This document shows positions 27,706 through 37,493 of a stretch of 64,000 nt of DNA, in pieces. Made by a program: the position numbers and the translations under genes. Source of the stretch: an uncultured virus (IMG/VR IMGVR_UViG_3300007754_000006) (lineage: Duplodnaviria > Heunggongvirae > Uroviricota > Caudoviricetes). How positions within the stretch are numbered: position 1 is the first letter of the stretch; each line of letters starts with the position of its first letter. Under the pieces are notes generated by a model. It was not told the DNA's origin, ran no database searches, and was given only the letters and a program-made list of their open reading frames with translations. Location of the stretch: the IMG/VR virus record IMGVR_UViG_3300007754_000006, one strand, 5' to 3'.

Positions 27706-28371
27706 CTATTCTTCAGCGGACCGCAGGGGCCGGGGGTTCTCCGCGAGCCACTTCCTGATGGGACCTCCCTTGAGGATTTCCCACGGGGTCAGAGCATTGA
27801 GGGTGTCCCAGACCAAGACATCTACAGAGGCCCTCATAACGAGTGCTGCCTTCAGGATGTCGGAGGCCCCTTTTTGGTCAAAGCTTCCACCTCCAGACAC
27901 GATGTGGGACATGGCTTTGTCGTAGAGGTCTTCGGCAACCCAGAACACCACGTCGTTCCGAACCACAGACTTCTCCTTATGGGGGGAGAACCAGGCTTCG
28001 AAACCGTTCCGACACGCCTGGTTGGACATGAACGCCTCGAAGACCTCGCGGATCTCAAGCCTCTGTACGATGGTAGGCTTCTCCGGAAGCTCGGCGAGCC
28101 AGAACTCCAGAGCCTGCACGTCCCACGAGGACCCGTCAAAGGGGGAGGCCTGGATCGCCTTCTCCGCCTTCGACATGTACGTGGAAGGGTCCTCTTTCTC
28201 GTCCAGCTCGGGGGCGGGGGCCTCCATCTCGGGAGGATTCCAGAGACGCATGACGATCAGGCCCAAGAGGGTGCCCAGTACCTGGGGAACTCCCTTGTTC
28301 CAGACCTCCTCCGAGACTGCGGTGGTGAGCTTCTCCGCAGCGCGGATCTCGTCTTTTGTCGGCACAGGCAT
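27706..28371 (-). CDS. hypothetical protein
   Basis: 221 aa, starts 1 nt after upstream stop. Confidence 0.6.
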   Translation of the reverse strand: MPVPTKDEIRAAEKLTTAVSEEVWNKGVPQVLGTLLGLIVMRLWNPPEMEAPAPELDEKEDPSTYMSKAEKAIQASPFDGSSWDVQALEFWLAELPEKPTIVQRLEIREVFEAFMSNQACRNGFEAWFSPHKEKSVVRNDVVFWVAEDLYDKAMSHIVSGGGSFDQKGASDILKAALVMRASVDVLVWDTLNALTPWEILKGGPIRKWLAENPRPLRSAEE

Positions 28372-28372
28372 C

Positions 28373-28660
28373 TCAGAGCTCCGTTGCGTCGAGGACGATG
28401 TTCCAGAGGTCATCGTTCGATTGCGAGGACCAGACCGGAAGTGTGAGGTCGTCCTTGTGGACCAGGATGAAGTCCCCCATCTCCGGATGTCGGAGGCACA
28501 CAGGCCCGCAATCCGCCTCCTCGTAGATGGCGATGACTGCGTTTGCCTCGGGGTCATCGAAGTGAGTCATGACGACCCCCTCGCGGAGGATGATCTCGCA
28601 GAGCTGGCTCAGCGCTGCGCGGCGCTTCTCCAGTTCCCGATCCTGTTCTTCTTTCGTCAT
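28373..28660 (-). CDS. hypothetical protein
   Basis: AAGGAG RBS, downstream of bipartite promoter. Confidence 0.65.
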   Translation of the reverse strand: MTKEEQDRELEKRRAALSQLCEIILREGVVMTHFDDPEANAVIAIYEEADCGPVCLRHPEMGDFILVHKDDLTLPVWSSQSNDDLWNIVLDATEL

Positions 28661-28681
28661 ACTGGACTCCTTGCGATAGCA

Positions 28682-28709
28682 GTTACGCCGGGAGCCTCAT
28701 CTGGGAAAC
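28682..28709 (-). promoter_or_regulatory. bipartite promoter motif GTTTC-N15-GGCGTAAC
   Basis: exact 15-nt spacer; intergenic, about 20 nt upstream of ATG 28660. Confidence 0.7.
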
Positions 28710-28714
28710 CTGCT

Positions 28715-29719
28715 CTATCCCCAAGGAGTCCAAGCCGTCGATACCTTGGGGACGTCCGGCAGGATCCCCAGCCGATCATTGATTCCCCACTTGGGAGGAT
28801 AGAACAGCGCCGGCAGGGGCTTCGGGTCCCTGCGGAACACCTGCTTGATCTTCTTGGGCTTGGTGTCCAGGTGGGGGAACTTCACCCTGCAGTACTTGTC
28901 CGTCTCGCAGAAGAGGTTCTGGATGTCGATGGTCTGAAGAGGGTGTCCCCACAGCCAAGCGGTGTCGAGGGGGATCCCACGCTTCTCGAACTCTTCCGCC
29001 TGGCGCCCGTGCATCCAGAAGATGATCTGCTCCGGAGTCCTCCAGCCCGTGTCCTCGAAGACCTTGTTGATCCCTCGCCGGGCTCCAGGCCCTGCCATGG
29101 TGAAGAAGCTGTCCTCGTGATTGACCACCTCGCTGTAGTTGATGTCCGTGGCGATCTGGTAAGCGAGGAAGTCCCCGACCAAAGGATATCCCCGGAGGGA
29201 CGTGTAGATCCATCGAACCCCGTCGGAAGCGAAGATCTTGTCGAGTATCCCGTCCTGGATCATCTCTCGAACGAGGGCCAGGTAGTTGCCGTGCTTCTTC
29301 TCGTAGCCCCAGACCTTCACCCCACAGGTCATGTAGGCCGCGTTGAACAGGCCCTGGCCAGTGTCCATGTCCCGATACCAGCGGTCCACGTCGAAGTTGG
29401 CCAGGCAGGGATCCCCGTAGAGGGACTCAAGGAGCTCCCAGGTGCTGATCGAGTTGAAGAACCGGAACAGCAGGCAGCGAAAGATGATGTCCCGGGGGTC
29501 CTGAGACAGGTGCTCCCCGTAGATGACATGGCGGATCAAGTACTGGGAGACCCGGTCGCTGGCCCGGAAGGCGTTGCAGAACCGGTGTCTGAGGAGGATA
29601 TCGTCATCCGTCCACGGGGCATCATCCCCTCGAGCCCGCCGGTAGAACATCCTCTGGCGCTCGGCAGCGAACTCCCAGTAGGCGTCGAAGACCTCTTGTC
29701 GAGGGACGGGCTCTCTCAT
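28715..29719 (-). CDS. 5-hmdU DNA kinase, helical type (aGPT-Pplase clade 1)
   Basis: 'FAAERQ..FYRR..G...PWTDD.IL...RFCNAFRASDRVSQYLI', 'LFRFFN', 'G.FLAYQIATD', 'GPGARRGI', 'IQNLFCETDKY'. Confidence 0.88.
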   Translation of the reverse strand: MREPVPRQEVFDAYWEFAAERQRMFYRRARGDDAPWTDDDILLRHRFCNAFRASDRVSQYLIRHVIYGEHLSQDPRDIIFRCLLFRFFNSISTWELLESLYGDPCLANFDVDRWYRDMDTGQGLFNAAYMTCGVKVWGYEKKHGNYLALVREMIQDGILDKIFASDGVRWIYTSLRGYPLVGDFLAYQIATDINYSEVVNHEDSFFTMAGPGARRGINKVFEDTGWRTPEQIIFWMHGRQAEEFEKRGIPLDTAWLWGHPLQTIDIQNLFCETDKYCRVKFPHLDTKPKKIKQVFRRDPKPLPALFYPPKWGINDRLGILPDVPKVSTAWTPWG

Positions 29720-29841
29720 GAGTTGCTCCCAAACCACCAGCCGATCCAGGCGCCGATCCCGCTACACAACAGGATCACGGCGAGGAGGAGCCACGCCAGA
29801 CCCTTGATACCTTCGGAGATGTCCCGGAAGGGGTTGTCCAT
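29716..29841 (-). CDS. small membrane protein
   Basis: 41 aa with one hydrophobic helix; overlaps on both sides (TGATG, ATGA). Confidence 0.55.
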   Translation of the reverse strand: MDNPFRDISEGIKGLAWLLLAVILLCSGIGAWIGWWFGSNS

Positions 29842-30233
29842 CAGTCCTCGACTGGAGTCAGCGTCAGGTAGACGTAGGTCGAACCCTCTCGCGCCGGATC
29901 AGGAGGGCTGACGCTCTCCTCTACCTCGACGGTGGCGCCCTTCTCGGCGACATCCTTGGGGCAGTTGCTGTCGACCCACACGTAGACCTTCACCGGCTCG
30001 CGCTGGCGGTGGCGCTTCCGACACTCCCCGACCAGACGTATCCAGTCGAGGTTGTTGGAAAGACAGCCTCCGGCTTCCTTCCGTGCCGCTGCCAGGACTC
30101 GCTCTTGGGTCTGAGCAAGCGCCTTCTTGCGAGGGTTCTCGGCCTCTGCCTTCTGGAGCTTTGCCAGAAGTGCCGGGTCCGCTTTCTTCGGGAAGTCGGG
30201 GTTCTTCGAGTTGGGTCTGATCGTATGTCTCAC
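29841..30233 (-). CDS. hypothetical protein
   Basis: coupled ORF, 130 aa. Confidence 0.55.
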   Translation of the reverse strand: MRHTIRPNSKNPDFPKKADPALLAKLQKAEAENPRKKALAQTQERVLAAARKEAGGCLSNNLDWIRLVGECRKRHRQREPVKVYVWVDSNCPKDVAEKGATVEVEESVSPPDPAREGSTYVYLTLTPVED

Positions 30234-30415
30234 GGGGCCCCCCAGATGAGCCAGCCAGCCCCCACGCCCAGGCCTCCGAACACGACAACGAGAGCCAAGA
30301 TGATCCAGGGAAGGTCATCGAGGAAGTCATCCATCGCTGCGGCCAAGAGGAGGATGCCGGAAAAGGCATGTTCGGGGCGAATCTTGTCGCTCTTCCTGCG
30401 CTTTCTTCGAAACAT
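30230..30415 (-). CDS. small membrane protein
   Basis: GAGG RBS; basic N-terminus and hydrophobic C-terminus. Confidence 0.5.
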   Translation of the reverse strand: MFRRKRRKSDKIRPEHAFSGILLLAAAMDDFLDDLPWIILALVVVFGGLGVGAGWLIWGAP

Positions 30416-30434
30416 CGGCACCTCTCCCCAAGGA

Positions 30435-30758
30435 TTACCGCTTGAAGATCCTCTCGTAGAGAACCCGCAGGTTGTGGAGACGGATTCCCGCGTGGATGTC
30501 CGTGTGTGGCCCTTGAATAGCGTCCGCCACAGCTTCGGAGATCTGGCGGAGGTTGCTGACCTCCTGCTTGAGTCCATGGAGCTCGTCGAACAGGCAGCCA
30601 ATGTGGACTGTGCGGACCACTCCGGGGATCTCCGGAGGATAGACGGTGGGCCACCGGCCGGGGTTCGCTGCGAGGACGCAGGTCATCTCACCACAGAGGA
30701 CGCAATGCGAGTCTTCGATGATTCCACTCTCCCGGTGGGGCATGACCACCAGTTCCAT
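30435..30758 (-). CDS. hypothetical protein
   Basis: CxxC...HxxC; coupled. Confidence 0.55.
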   Translation of the reverse strand: MELVVMPHRESGIIEDSHCVLCGEMTCVLAANPGRWPTVYPPEIPGVVRTVHIGCLFDELHGLKQEVSNLRQISEAVADAIQGPHTDIHAGIRLHNLRVLYERIFKR

Positions 30759-31303
30759 CAGTCGATCCCCAGATCGATCCCCAGGACCTTTGCCATCGCT
30801 TCGAGGACGGGAACGGCAGGGCCCTGTTCATAGGGGGCCGCCACCCCCTCATCCAGGAGGTAGGACATCCCGTTCTCCCCGCAGGCCCTCATCACGTGGA
30901 CGACCCACTCGACGGAGTTGTCCTCGATGCGAACCCAGTAGCCCCACTTGCGCATGGCTGGGAGAACCCATCTCTGGAGAGAGTCGAACTCGGTCTCGAA
31001 CGGTGGGAGGGAGCGAGGTTCGTTCCAGACGTCCGTCCAGTAGCCAAGCATGGGGACCCAGTGCTCCAAGGAGGGCTGAGACATGAGCGCGGCCCATTCG
31101 TCACAGGGTCTCATGTTCGGGCAGATCTCCCACCCGTTGTCCTGGGTGGAGGTCCTCCTGTAGAGATTGATCCCCTCCAGTCCGACCAGGAGACCCGCGA
31201 ACGCCCTCAGCCTGTAGGCTGGGTACTCCGAAGGGATCGGCTCCAGGGTCCGCATGACCTCTTCCTGGGTCGGGGGCTCATTCCTGTAGTCGTACGTCTT
31301 CAC
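30758..31303 (-). CDS. hypothetical protein
   Basis: GGAG RBS, 181 aa. Confidence 0.6.
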   Translation of the reverse strand: MKTYDYRNEPPTQEEVMRTLEPIPSEYPAYRLRAFAGLLVGLEGINLYRRTSTQDNGWEICPNMRPCDEWAALMSQPSLEHWVPMLGYWTDVWNEPRSLPPFETEFDSLQRWVLPAMRKWGYWVRIEDNSVEWVVHVMRACGENGMSYLLDEGVAAPYEQGPAVPVLEAMAKVLGIDLGID

Positions 31304-31551
31304 GGGTGTCTCCGCCGTGGGGCTTGTTGTCTATATGGTACCGCCCTCGGAACCACAGCTGTCTCCACCAGGGAAGGTTCTTCCCAACTGAAGAGAAGTG
31401 GACGAACACATCAGGGGAGACCTCAAGATAGAAGTGCCCCCAGGGGTGTAGATGCCAGTCCCGCCACCCGTTGTTCCAACCCGGCCACCACCGAACTCGC
31501 CCTCCGAGGTAGGGCTGGATGCGTAGGATCGCGAGGAGGCAGTTGGACCAA

Positions 31552-33723
31552 CTATCGGGTGTTGTTTCCTGCTCCTCCGAGGAGGCGTCGCGCGCTGTCA
31601 TAGGTAGCCTTGCAGACCTGGATTTCGTGCTGGATCGCAAGGTCCCCGAGGATAGCGTCGGTAGCTCGGATGACATCCTCGGGCTCGACCCGGACATATC
31701 GGCTCAGCTGCCGCTTGAAGCGTTCCCGAGCGTCCGAGGAGAAGTCCCCGACCTCGAAGCGGGAATGCGCGTTGAGCATCCGGTTCAGTTCTGCCGCTGT
31801 CTCGGGGTGGTCGCGGACGAAGGGGTCCATCTTCTCGCGCCAGACCTTGTCCGCTACCTTGCGAATGATGTCTCCGACCGCACCTTCGAGGCGCTGAGCC
31901 TGAGAGTCCCAGAGACCGACGGTGGCCCGGTCCGAAACAGGGAGGGTCCCGAAGAACTTGTGGAGCAGTTGCACCCGGTGTTGTTGGGTCAGCTCTCCAA
32001 CGATGATCACCCGTGCGAACCGACGAATGATCGGCGTCGGGATTCGGTCCAGGTGATTGGTGGCGCCCCACGTGGAGAGCCCGGGATAGGTGGAGATCCC
32101 ATCCATGAGGACCTGGAACTCAGAGGCCAGGTTGACTCCTCCGAACGCCTGCTGCCCACGGTCCCGGTTCATGATCGTATCGATCTCGTCGATGAGGAAC
32201 CGAACGGCGCGCTGGGACTCCCTCTGGATCGCCAAGCCTCCCTCGTAGAGCCGCTTCGGGTTCTTCTCCTGCTCCCCCCGCCAACACGTGAGGAAGTCGG
32301 AAGCCTGGACGAAGATGCCGATGCTGTCCAGGAGGGTCCCGATTCCCCGGAGGAACTCGGTCTTCCCACACCCCTGCGGCCCCACCAGGAGGACGTTGAA
32401 CTTGTCGTTCTTCTTGGAGGGGGAAGTGGCCAGGAAGAGATCCCCGAACATGACGCTGCTGTGAGAGGCGTTCAGGACGTCCAGAGCCTCGTCAAATCCC
32501 GTCCCAACGAGGTCCTCGAGGTTGACGGCAGGCTTGATTCCCGGGATGATCTCCAGCTGTCCAGGCGCGATCCCCAAGAACTGGTTCCCCGTCCCGATCT
32601 TGCAGGTGAAGAAGCTGTTCTCCTCGAGCTCGAACTTCCGGCGTTCCGCTTTCCGCTTGAGGATGTACTGAACAACAGCATCGGGGTCGTTCCGTCGGAG
32701 TCGGCGAACCACTTCCCCGAGGGTCTGATTCTTGAACTCCTGCCCCTTGATCTCAGCCCGGGTCTGGAGACCCTTCGGGGGCTTGTACTCGATCTGCCGG
32801 GGATCGCAAAGCCGGAACCGCTCCTCGATCTGCCCCAGGGTGTTCTCGTGAGGTACGATCGTGACCTTCCACCCCATCCCCCGCTGCATCCTGATCTTGT
32901 CCGCCAGAGGACGCGCGAGCTTGTAGAGGAAAGAAGCCTGAGTCCAGAGGGAGTGGATGGTGGCCCACATGTAGTGGGCCAGGCCCTCCTTCAGGACGGT
33001 TTGGACCACGGGATCTGTACATCCAGCGGCCAGGATCTTGGCCTTGTGGATACTGTGGAGAGAGACCTCATCAGGACCTGTATCTGCCCGGACCTCTCCG
33101 CTGGCGTCCGTGTTCTGGTAGACCGTCAGCGCCAGGTCTGTCCAAACCGGGTCGGTGTGGACCTTGATCCCTGTGTTGTGGTGGCGTTTGGTGAGCTCAG
33201 CGCACAGGGAGTCCAGAGCTCCCAAGGAACCCTGGGCGAACGCCGCGACCTCGCCCAGAGAGCTCTCCGCGGAGAAGATGGCGTTCTCGAACTTCGTCGC
33301 CAGACCCCGGACCTGGGTGTTGAAGATATCCCTCAGCCGAACCTTCTCGAAGAAGGAACCGCCTCCGCTATCGTCCACCGAAAGGTCAGGAGGGACGAGG
33401 TCGCAGATGGTCTTCGCCTGACTCTGGTAGTGGGCAACCACCTGCTCCTGGAAGGCATGCAGGAACGGGATGATCTGCGCGGTCTCCGGCTTCTCCTCGG
33501 TGACGAACGCGGGGGTGGCCTCATCAGCAGTTCGGTGGATGGATATCTGCCGCGCCGTCGCCCTGAGTTGGCTCACGACCTCCCGAAGTGAAATCGCCAA
33601 CCGAACGTGTCCTACATGGGCGTGTAGGAACTCTCCCTCGTGCTCCCCCCGATTCGTGAAGGCGGGTGAGTTCTTGTTGGCCAGAGCGAGTTGGGAGAGG
33701 AACTTGATGTGCTCGGGGGTCAC
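31552..33723 (-). CDS. classical AAA+ ATPase with long N-terminal domain
   Basis: GPQGCGKT, FLIDEID, second region of homology 'GATNHLDRI..PIIRRF'. Confidence 0.85.
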   Translation of the reverse strand: MTPEHIKFLSQLALANKNSPAFTNRGEHEGEFLHAHVGHVRLAISLREVVSQLRATARQISIHRTADEATPAFVTEEKPETAQIIPFLHAFQEQVVAHYQSQAKTICDLVPPDLSVDDSGGGSFFEKVRLRDIFNTQVRGLATKFENAIFSAESSLGEVAAFAQGSLGALDSLCAELTKRHHNTGIKVHTDPVWTDLALTVYQNTDASGEVRADTGPDEVSLHSIHKAKILAAGCTDPVVQTVLKEGLAHYMWATIHSLWTQASFLYKLARPLADKIRMQRGMGWKVTIVPHENTLGQIEERFRLCDPRQIEYKPPKGLQTRAEIKGQEFKNQTLGEVVRRLRRNDPDAVVQYILKRKAERRKFELEENSFFTCKIGTGNQFLGIAPGQLEIIPGIKPAVNLEDLVGTGFDEALDVLNASHSSVMFGDLFLATSPSKKNDKFNVLLVGPQGCGKTEFLRGIGTLLDSIGIFVQASDFLTCWRGEQEKNPKRLYEGGLAIQRESQRAVRFLIDEIDTIMNRDRGQQAFGGVNLASEFQVLMDGISTYPGLSTWGATNHLDRIPTPIIRRFARVIIVGELTQQHRVQLLHKFFGTLPVSDRATVGLWDSQAQRLEGAVGDIIRKVADKVWREKMDPFVRDHPETAAELNRMLNAHSRFEVGDFSSDARERFKRQLSRYVRVEPEDVIRATDAILGDLAIQHEIQVCKATYDSARRLLGGAGNNTR

Positions 33724-33747
33724 GGAAACTCCTACAGGTTCCCCGTA

Positions 33748-34275
33748 CTACCCGTTCCGGCTTTGCACCACTCTCTCTACCAAGAGGACCACCGCAGCGG
33801 GCTTCAAGATAGGCTTCCAGGTGTGGGTCCCAGGATTGAGGAACCCGTCCAGAGCCTCCCGTCCGAACTCTTCCTTCACCTTGTAGAAGGCTCGGAAGAC
33901 CTCCGCAGGGTGGTGGATGCTTCCGTTGGCTGCGTTGACCTGGAGAGTCCAGTTCTGCAGGCAACTCTTGACCACATTCCACCTGTGAACACCGTGCCAT
34001 CCGATGGGGCTGAAGATCTCCACTTCCAAGGCTTCCCTCTCGGGGATGTACAGGAGGGAAGCGCAATGCCTTTCCAACTTGCTGTCCAACGAGAGGAGGC
34101 TGAACTGTATGCCAGGGTAGATCTCGACCATCCGGTCCAATCGGTCTCGGGTCTGAATCACCTCCAGTAGTTCTGGGGTCGAGGCGCTTCCCTCGCGGGT
34201 CTCCGACAACAGGGGAAGCGCCCAGTGTCGGAGAAGTTGTATCTGCTGTGCTGCTTCCAGTACATTCATGTCCAT
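33748..34275 (-). CDS. hypothetical protein
   Basis: 175 aa. Confidence 0.55.
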   Translation of the reverse strand: MDMNVLEAAQQIQLLRHWALPLLSETREGSASTPELLEVIQTRDRLDRMVEIYPGIQFSLLSLDSKLERHCASLLYIPEREALEVEIFSPIGWHGVHRWNVVKSCLQNWTLQVNAANGSIHHPAEVFRAFYKVKEEFGREALDGFLNPGTHTWKPILKPAAVVLLVERVVQSRNG

Positions 34276-34373
34276 CTCGGGTTTCGATCAAGATTACCGC
34301 CATAGCCGAGCCACCCAAGAGGGTTTCTTCGCCGGCTCGGGTAGACTCGGGAGAATCTATGGCGGGAGGCCAG

Positions 34374-35252
34374 ATGCACAGCCTATGGGGGATCCGAGAT
34401 CTCCAGAGAGAGGACATCCTTCGACTCATCGAGCCTCTCCACCAGGGAGCCCAACTCCTCAGGACAGAAAATGGGGCGCCCACCCTGGCGTTCCTGTTGA
34501 TGGAGCCCTCTACGAGGACCTGGAGCTCATTTCACCTCGCTGGCCGTGCGATCGGCGCCAAGTTCCTCTATGTGAGCCCCGGTCGGAGCTCCATCGCCAA
34601 GGGGGAGTCCGTTGAGGATACGGTGGCCAACCTCAAGTGGATGGGCGTCAAGGGAATCATCATCCGCACCCCGGAAGCGGGGCTCCCCGAGAAGCTCAGC
34701 GACCTCCACCTCCCTGTCATCAACGCGGGGGACGGGACTAACGAGCATCCGACCCAGGCCCTCCTCGATGCCGCCACCCTCTACCAGCACTTCAGGGAGG
34801 TCGCCGGCCTGAGAGTCCTGATCGCCGGGGATGTCGTTCACTCACGGGTGGCGCGCTCCAACTTCTACTGCCTTCCCAAGCTCGGAGTCGAGGTTCTGGC
34901 CGCAGGCCCCAAGCTTCTCCAGAAGAACGTCCCGACGGGGGTTCGGGTCATTCCGTTCTCCGAAGGCATCAAGTATGCGGATGCCGTGATGATGCTCCGG
35001 TGGCAGTCCGAGAGGCACATCATGGGGAACTACTTCGACGAATCGGAGATCTGCCAGCATACCATCAACGAAGAGACCCTGAACATGATGCCGGCTCACG
35101 CGATGGTCATGCACCCCGGCCCCATTGGCTACGGGCGGGAGATCGCGACCAAGGAGATCGCTCGGGGACCCCGTTCCCTGGTCGCCCGGCAGGTAGCGAT
35201 GGGAGTCGAGGTCCGGAAACGGATCCTCTGGGAGATGCTCTCAGGAGACTGA
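34374..35252 (+). CDS. pyrB: aspartate carbamoyltransferase catalytic subunit
   Basis: EPSTRT, KGES, INAGDG.NEHPTQALLD, SRVARSN, R.Q.ER, MHPGP. Confidence 0.93.
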   Translation: MHSLWGIRDLQREDILRLIEPLHQGAQLLRTENGAPTLAFLLMEPSTRTWSSFHLAGRAIGAKFLYVSPGRSSIAKGESVEDTVANLKWMGVKGIIIRTPEAGLPEKLSDLHLPVINAGDGTNEHPTQALLDAATLYQHFREVAGLRVLIAGDVVHSRVARSNFYCLPKLGVEVLAAGPKLLQKNVPTGVRVIPFSEGIKYADAVMMLRWQSERHIMGNYFDESEICQHTINEETLNMMPAHAMVMHPGPIGYGREIATKEIARGPRSLVARQVAMGVEVRKRILWEMLSGD

Positions 35253-35714
35253 GCTCTCCTGAGAGGCGGCCTGAAGCTCGGCTCGAACCAGCTTCGGGAT
35301 CTCCTCTCGGAGGACGGCCCGGAACATCTCCTTGAGCCGACCGATGGGGTCTGGCTGTCCTGTGAGGATGCTCTTGAGCAGACCGATCTTGACCCGAGAG
35401 GCCCGCTGAGCCTTCTGACTGGCCTCCTGGTTTCGGACAACCCAGCCAGCCAACCGGCGAACCTCCGGACTGTCCGTGTATACGGTGAAGTTGACCCCGG
35501 GAACCTTCTGAGCGCCGGTGGGGATCCCGGACCCGTCCGGCTTGCCGATGATCTCCACCGAGTAGTAGTGGGTGTCCTTGTTGTAGGCACAGGGAGTGAT
35601 CTCGGTCACTTTCGCGCGCCACCAGCCGGTGGGGCTGTTGACTTCATCGACGTGAACAAGGACACTCTCACCGAGAGCGAACTTGGTTTCTTGGCTGACG
35701 GGACTACCGGACAT
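35241..35714 (-). CDS. hypothetical protein
   Basis: downstream of bipartite promoter. Confidence 0.6.
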   Translation of the reverse strand: MSGSPVSQETKFALGESVLVHVDEVNSPTGWWRAKVTEITPCAYNKDTHYYSVEIIGKPDGSGIPTGAQKVPGVNFTVYTDSPEVRRLAGWVVRNQEASQKAQRASRVKIGLLKSILTGQPDPIGRLKEMFRAVLREEIPKLVRAELQAASQESSVS

Positions 35715-35742
35715 GGGATTCTCTGGGTTTGTGTTCCCACCA

Positions 35743-35770
35743 GTTACGGCTGTAGATCTTCCAAAGAAAC
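35743..35770 (-). promoter_or_regulatory. bipartite promoter motif GTTTC-N15-GCCGTAAC
   Basis: exact 15-nt spacer; overlaps end of upstream ORF. Confidence 0.6.
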
Positions 35771-36190
35771 CGGAGGCCCGTCCCGAAGCCTCTGGAGGAT
35801 GTTGAGCACATCGTAGCACAGGTGAGGCACCCAACCCAAGCCTGTGTACTGGCGAGCGCAGCGGGTCGCCAACCAGGCCCCCACAGCCCGCTCCCAGCCG
35901 ACCTGCTGTCCTCGGAGGTTGTTGGCCTCCTCCTGGTAGACCTGGTGGACTCTCCAGGGAAGGAACCGAACCAGTTCCCCATGGGCGTTCACGAAGAAGG
36001 AGGTCCCGTGCTCTACGAAGACGACAATGTGGCGCCGAGGCCCCACGAAGGTCATGATCCTTCGGCCGGTCGTCTCATGGGGTCGCCGGTAGAGGATGCT
36101 GTTCGAGAACGGGCCTGGGTCCACTTCGAAGTTCGGAGGAAGTTGAGGACCCAGCTCAGCGAACAGTTTCCGACGGGACGCAGCATCCAT
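35744..36190 (-). CDS. hypothetical protein
   Basis: GGAG RBS, 148 aa. Confidence 0.55.
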   Translation of the reverse strand: MDAASRRKLFAELGPQLPPNFEVDPGPFSNSILYRRPHETTGRRIMTFVGPRRHIVVFVEHGTSFFVNAHGELVRFLPWRVHQVYQEEANNLRGQQVGWERAVGAWLATRCARQYTGLGWVPHLCYDVLNILQRLRDGPPVSLEDLQP

Positions 36191-36473
36191 ACAGGGATCT
36201 CCGTAGGAGAGGTCCCTGATGTTACCGTTGTTCAGGCGTAGACCCGGTCCGCTTTCTGGGACTCTTCGGAACTCCCCTCTGGCAGAACTGACACCAATCG
36301 CGAACCTGGACCTGAGAGACGTGGAGGAACCCTCCCCGGAACCGGAAGCCCCCCTCCGCGATCTCGGCGTGGTGGTCCTGACACACTGCGATGGTGCTCG
36401 GCACTACCAGAGCCCCGCTGTGGTCCTCAGGAGCGCCGCAGCAACCCTGTACGGATCGCAGTTCGCGTTCCCA

Positions 36474-37493
36474 CTATGCTGCGCGTTCATCGAGAAACTC
36501 CTCTATCTCCAGGTCCTTCACAGATACTTCTGTGCCCTGTACATCTACGACCAACACCCGTGCCATGAGCCCCATCTCGAGAGCCGCTTGGATCTTGAGC
36601 TTGAGATTCTCCCTTCCCTGATCCAATGTGTAAGGGGACTTGACCTCCACCACCAGATCCTCCACAGGAACATAGAAATCCGGAAAGTAGTACCTCGTTC
36701 TATCCCCGTCTTGGTAACGGATGCGCGGGACGTCTCTCTTGTCTGAGAGAACCCCTTCCTCAGGATATCCTTGGGCGAGGAGCCAATCCATAGCTTGCGG
36801 CTCATACCCTTGGAGATGGACGACCCGGCCGCTGGGAAGAGTGTGTGCTTTGTGGGCTCTTCCCGAAGCGTGGTTTTTGGCCAGGATTTCTGGGTTTTGG
36901 AGAGGGTACTCAACACCGTATCGTTCCCGGTTGGTTGCTCTACATGCCTCCCTGTTGAAGTGAGGGTCTCCGTACCTCTCCATTTTGGTCTTCCGACCCT
37001 GCTCGTGGTTGGCGTAGCTCATGGACCCGTATTTCTGGAGCTTGGTCTGGTCACACGACCAAGCTCCCAAAGGGCCCGACCAATTGTGCGGCCTCCCCGT
37101 CCTCTCCAGCATCGTCTCTCGGAACTTCTCTCGATTATTGAACGAGGGATCCCCGTGCCGGATCTCTTTGGTCTTCGCAGACTTCTTCTTGAATTCCTCC
37201 GTGGAGGTGTAGGACTCAACCCCGTACCTCTCCCGCATGGTCTTCTTGATCCTGTTTCGGACTTCAGATGAGTTGTGGGCACAACGAACACTACAGAACT
37301 GGTGGAAGCCTGTGCTTAGGCTCTTCAGCTGGGTAGGGGAACCACACAACCCACAGGAACCAGCGGTCGGGTCGATGAAGCATTTGTAGTATTCTTCCCG
37401 ACCTATGTCCTTGTGAGAGTGCTGGATGTGTGCGGCAATACCCTTCCATCCCTTACACTCCTGACCACAAGCCCCGCATGAAAGGATAGTCAT
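36474..37493 (-). CDS. putative free-standing homing endonuclease (Zn fingers, ERYGV repeats, PD-(D/E)XK domain)
   Basis: C2H2-like N-terminus, CxxC...FCS..C, repeated 'KT..ERYG', C-terminal 'YFPDFY....VVEVKS'; AT-richer than flanks. Confidence 0.7.
   Translation of the reverse strand: MTILSCGACGQECKGWKGIAAHIQHSHKDIGREEYYKCFIDPTAGSCGLCGSPTQLKSLSTGFHQFCSVRCAHNSSEVRNRIKKTMRERYGVESYTSTEEFKKKSAKTKEIRHGDPSFNNREKFRETMLERTGRPHNWSGPLGAWSCDQTKLQKYGSMSYANHEQGRKTKMERYGDPHFNREACRATNRERYGVEYPLQNPEILAKNHASGRAHKAHTLPSGRVVHLQGYEPQAMDWLLAQGYPEEGVLSDKRDVPRIRYQDGDRTRYYFPDFYVPVEDLVVEVKSPYTLDQGRENLKLKIQAALEMGLMARVLVVDVQGTEVSVKDLEIEEFLDERAA

Noticed and set aside
28022..29911. 629-aa plus-strand ORF (also 31519..33591, 25845..27215, 47479..48726, 50554..51816)
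   Set aside because: Antisense shadows of motif-bearing genes, expected with high-GC codon usage; no recognisable motifs
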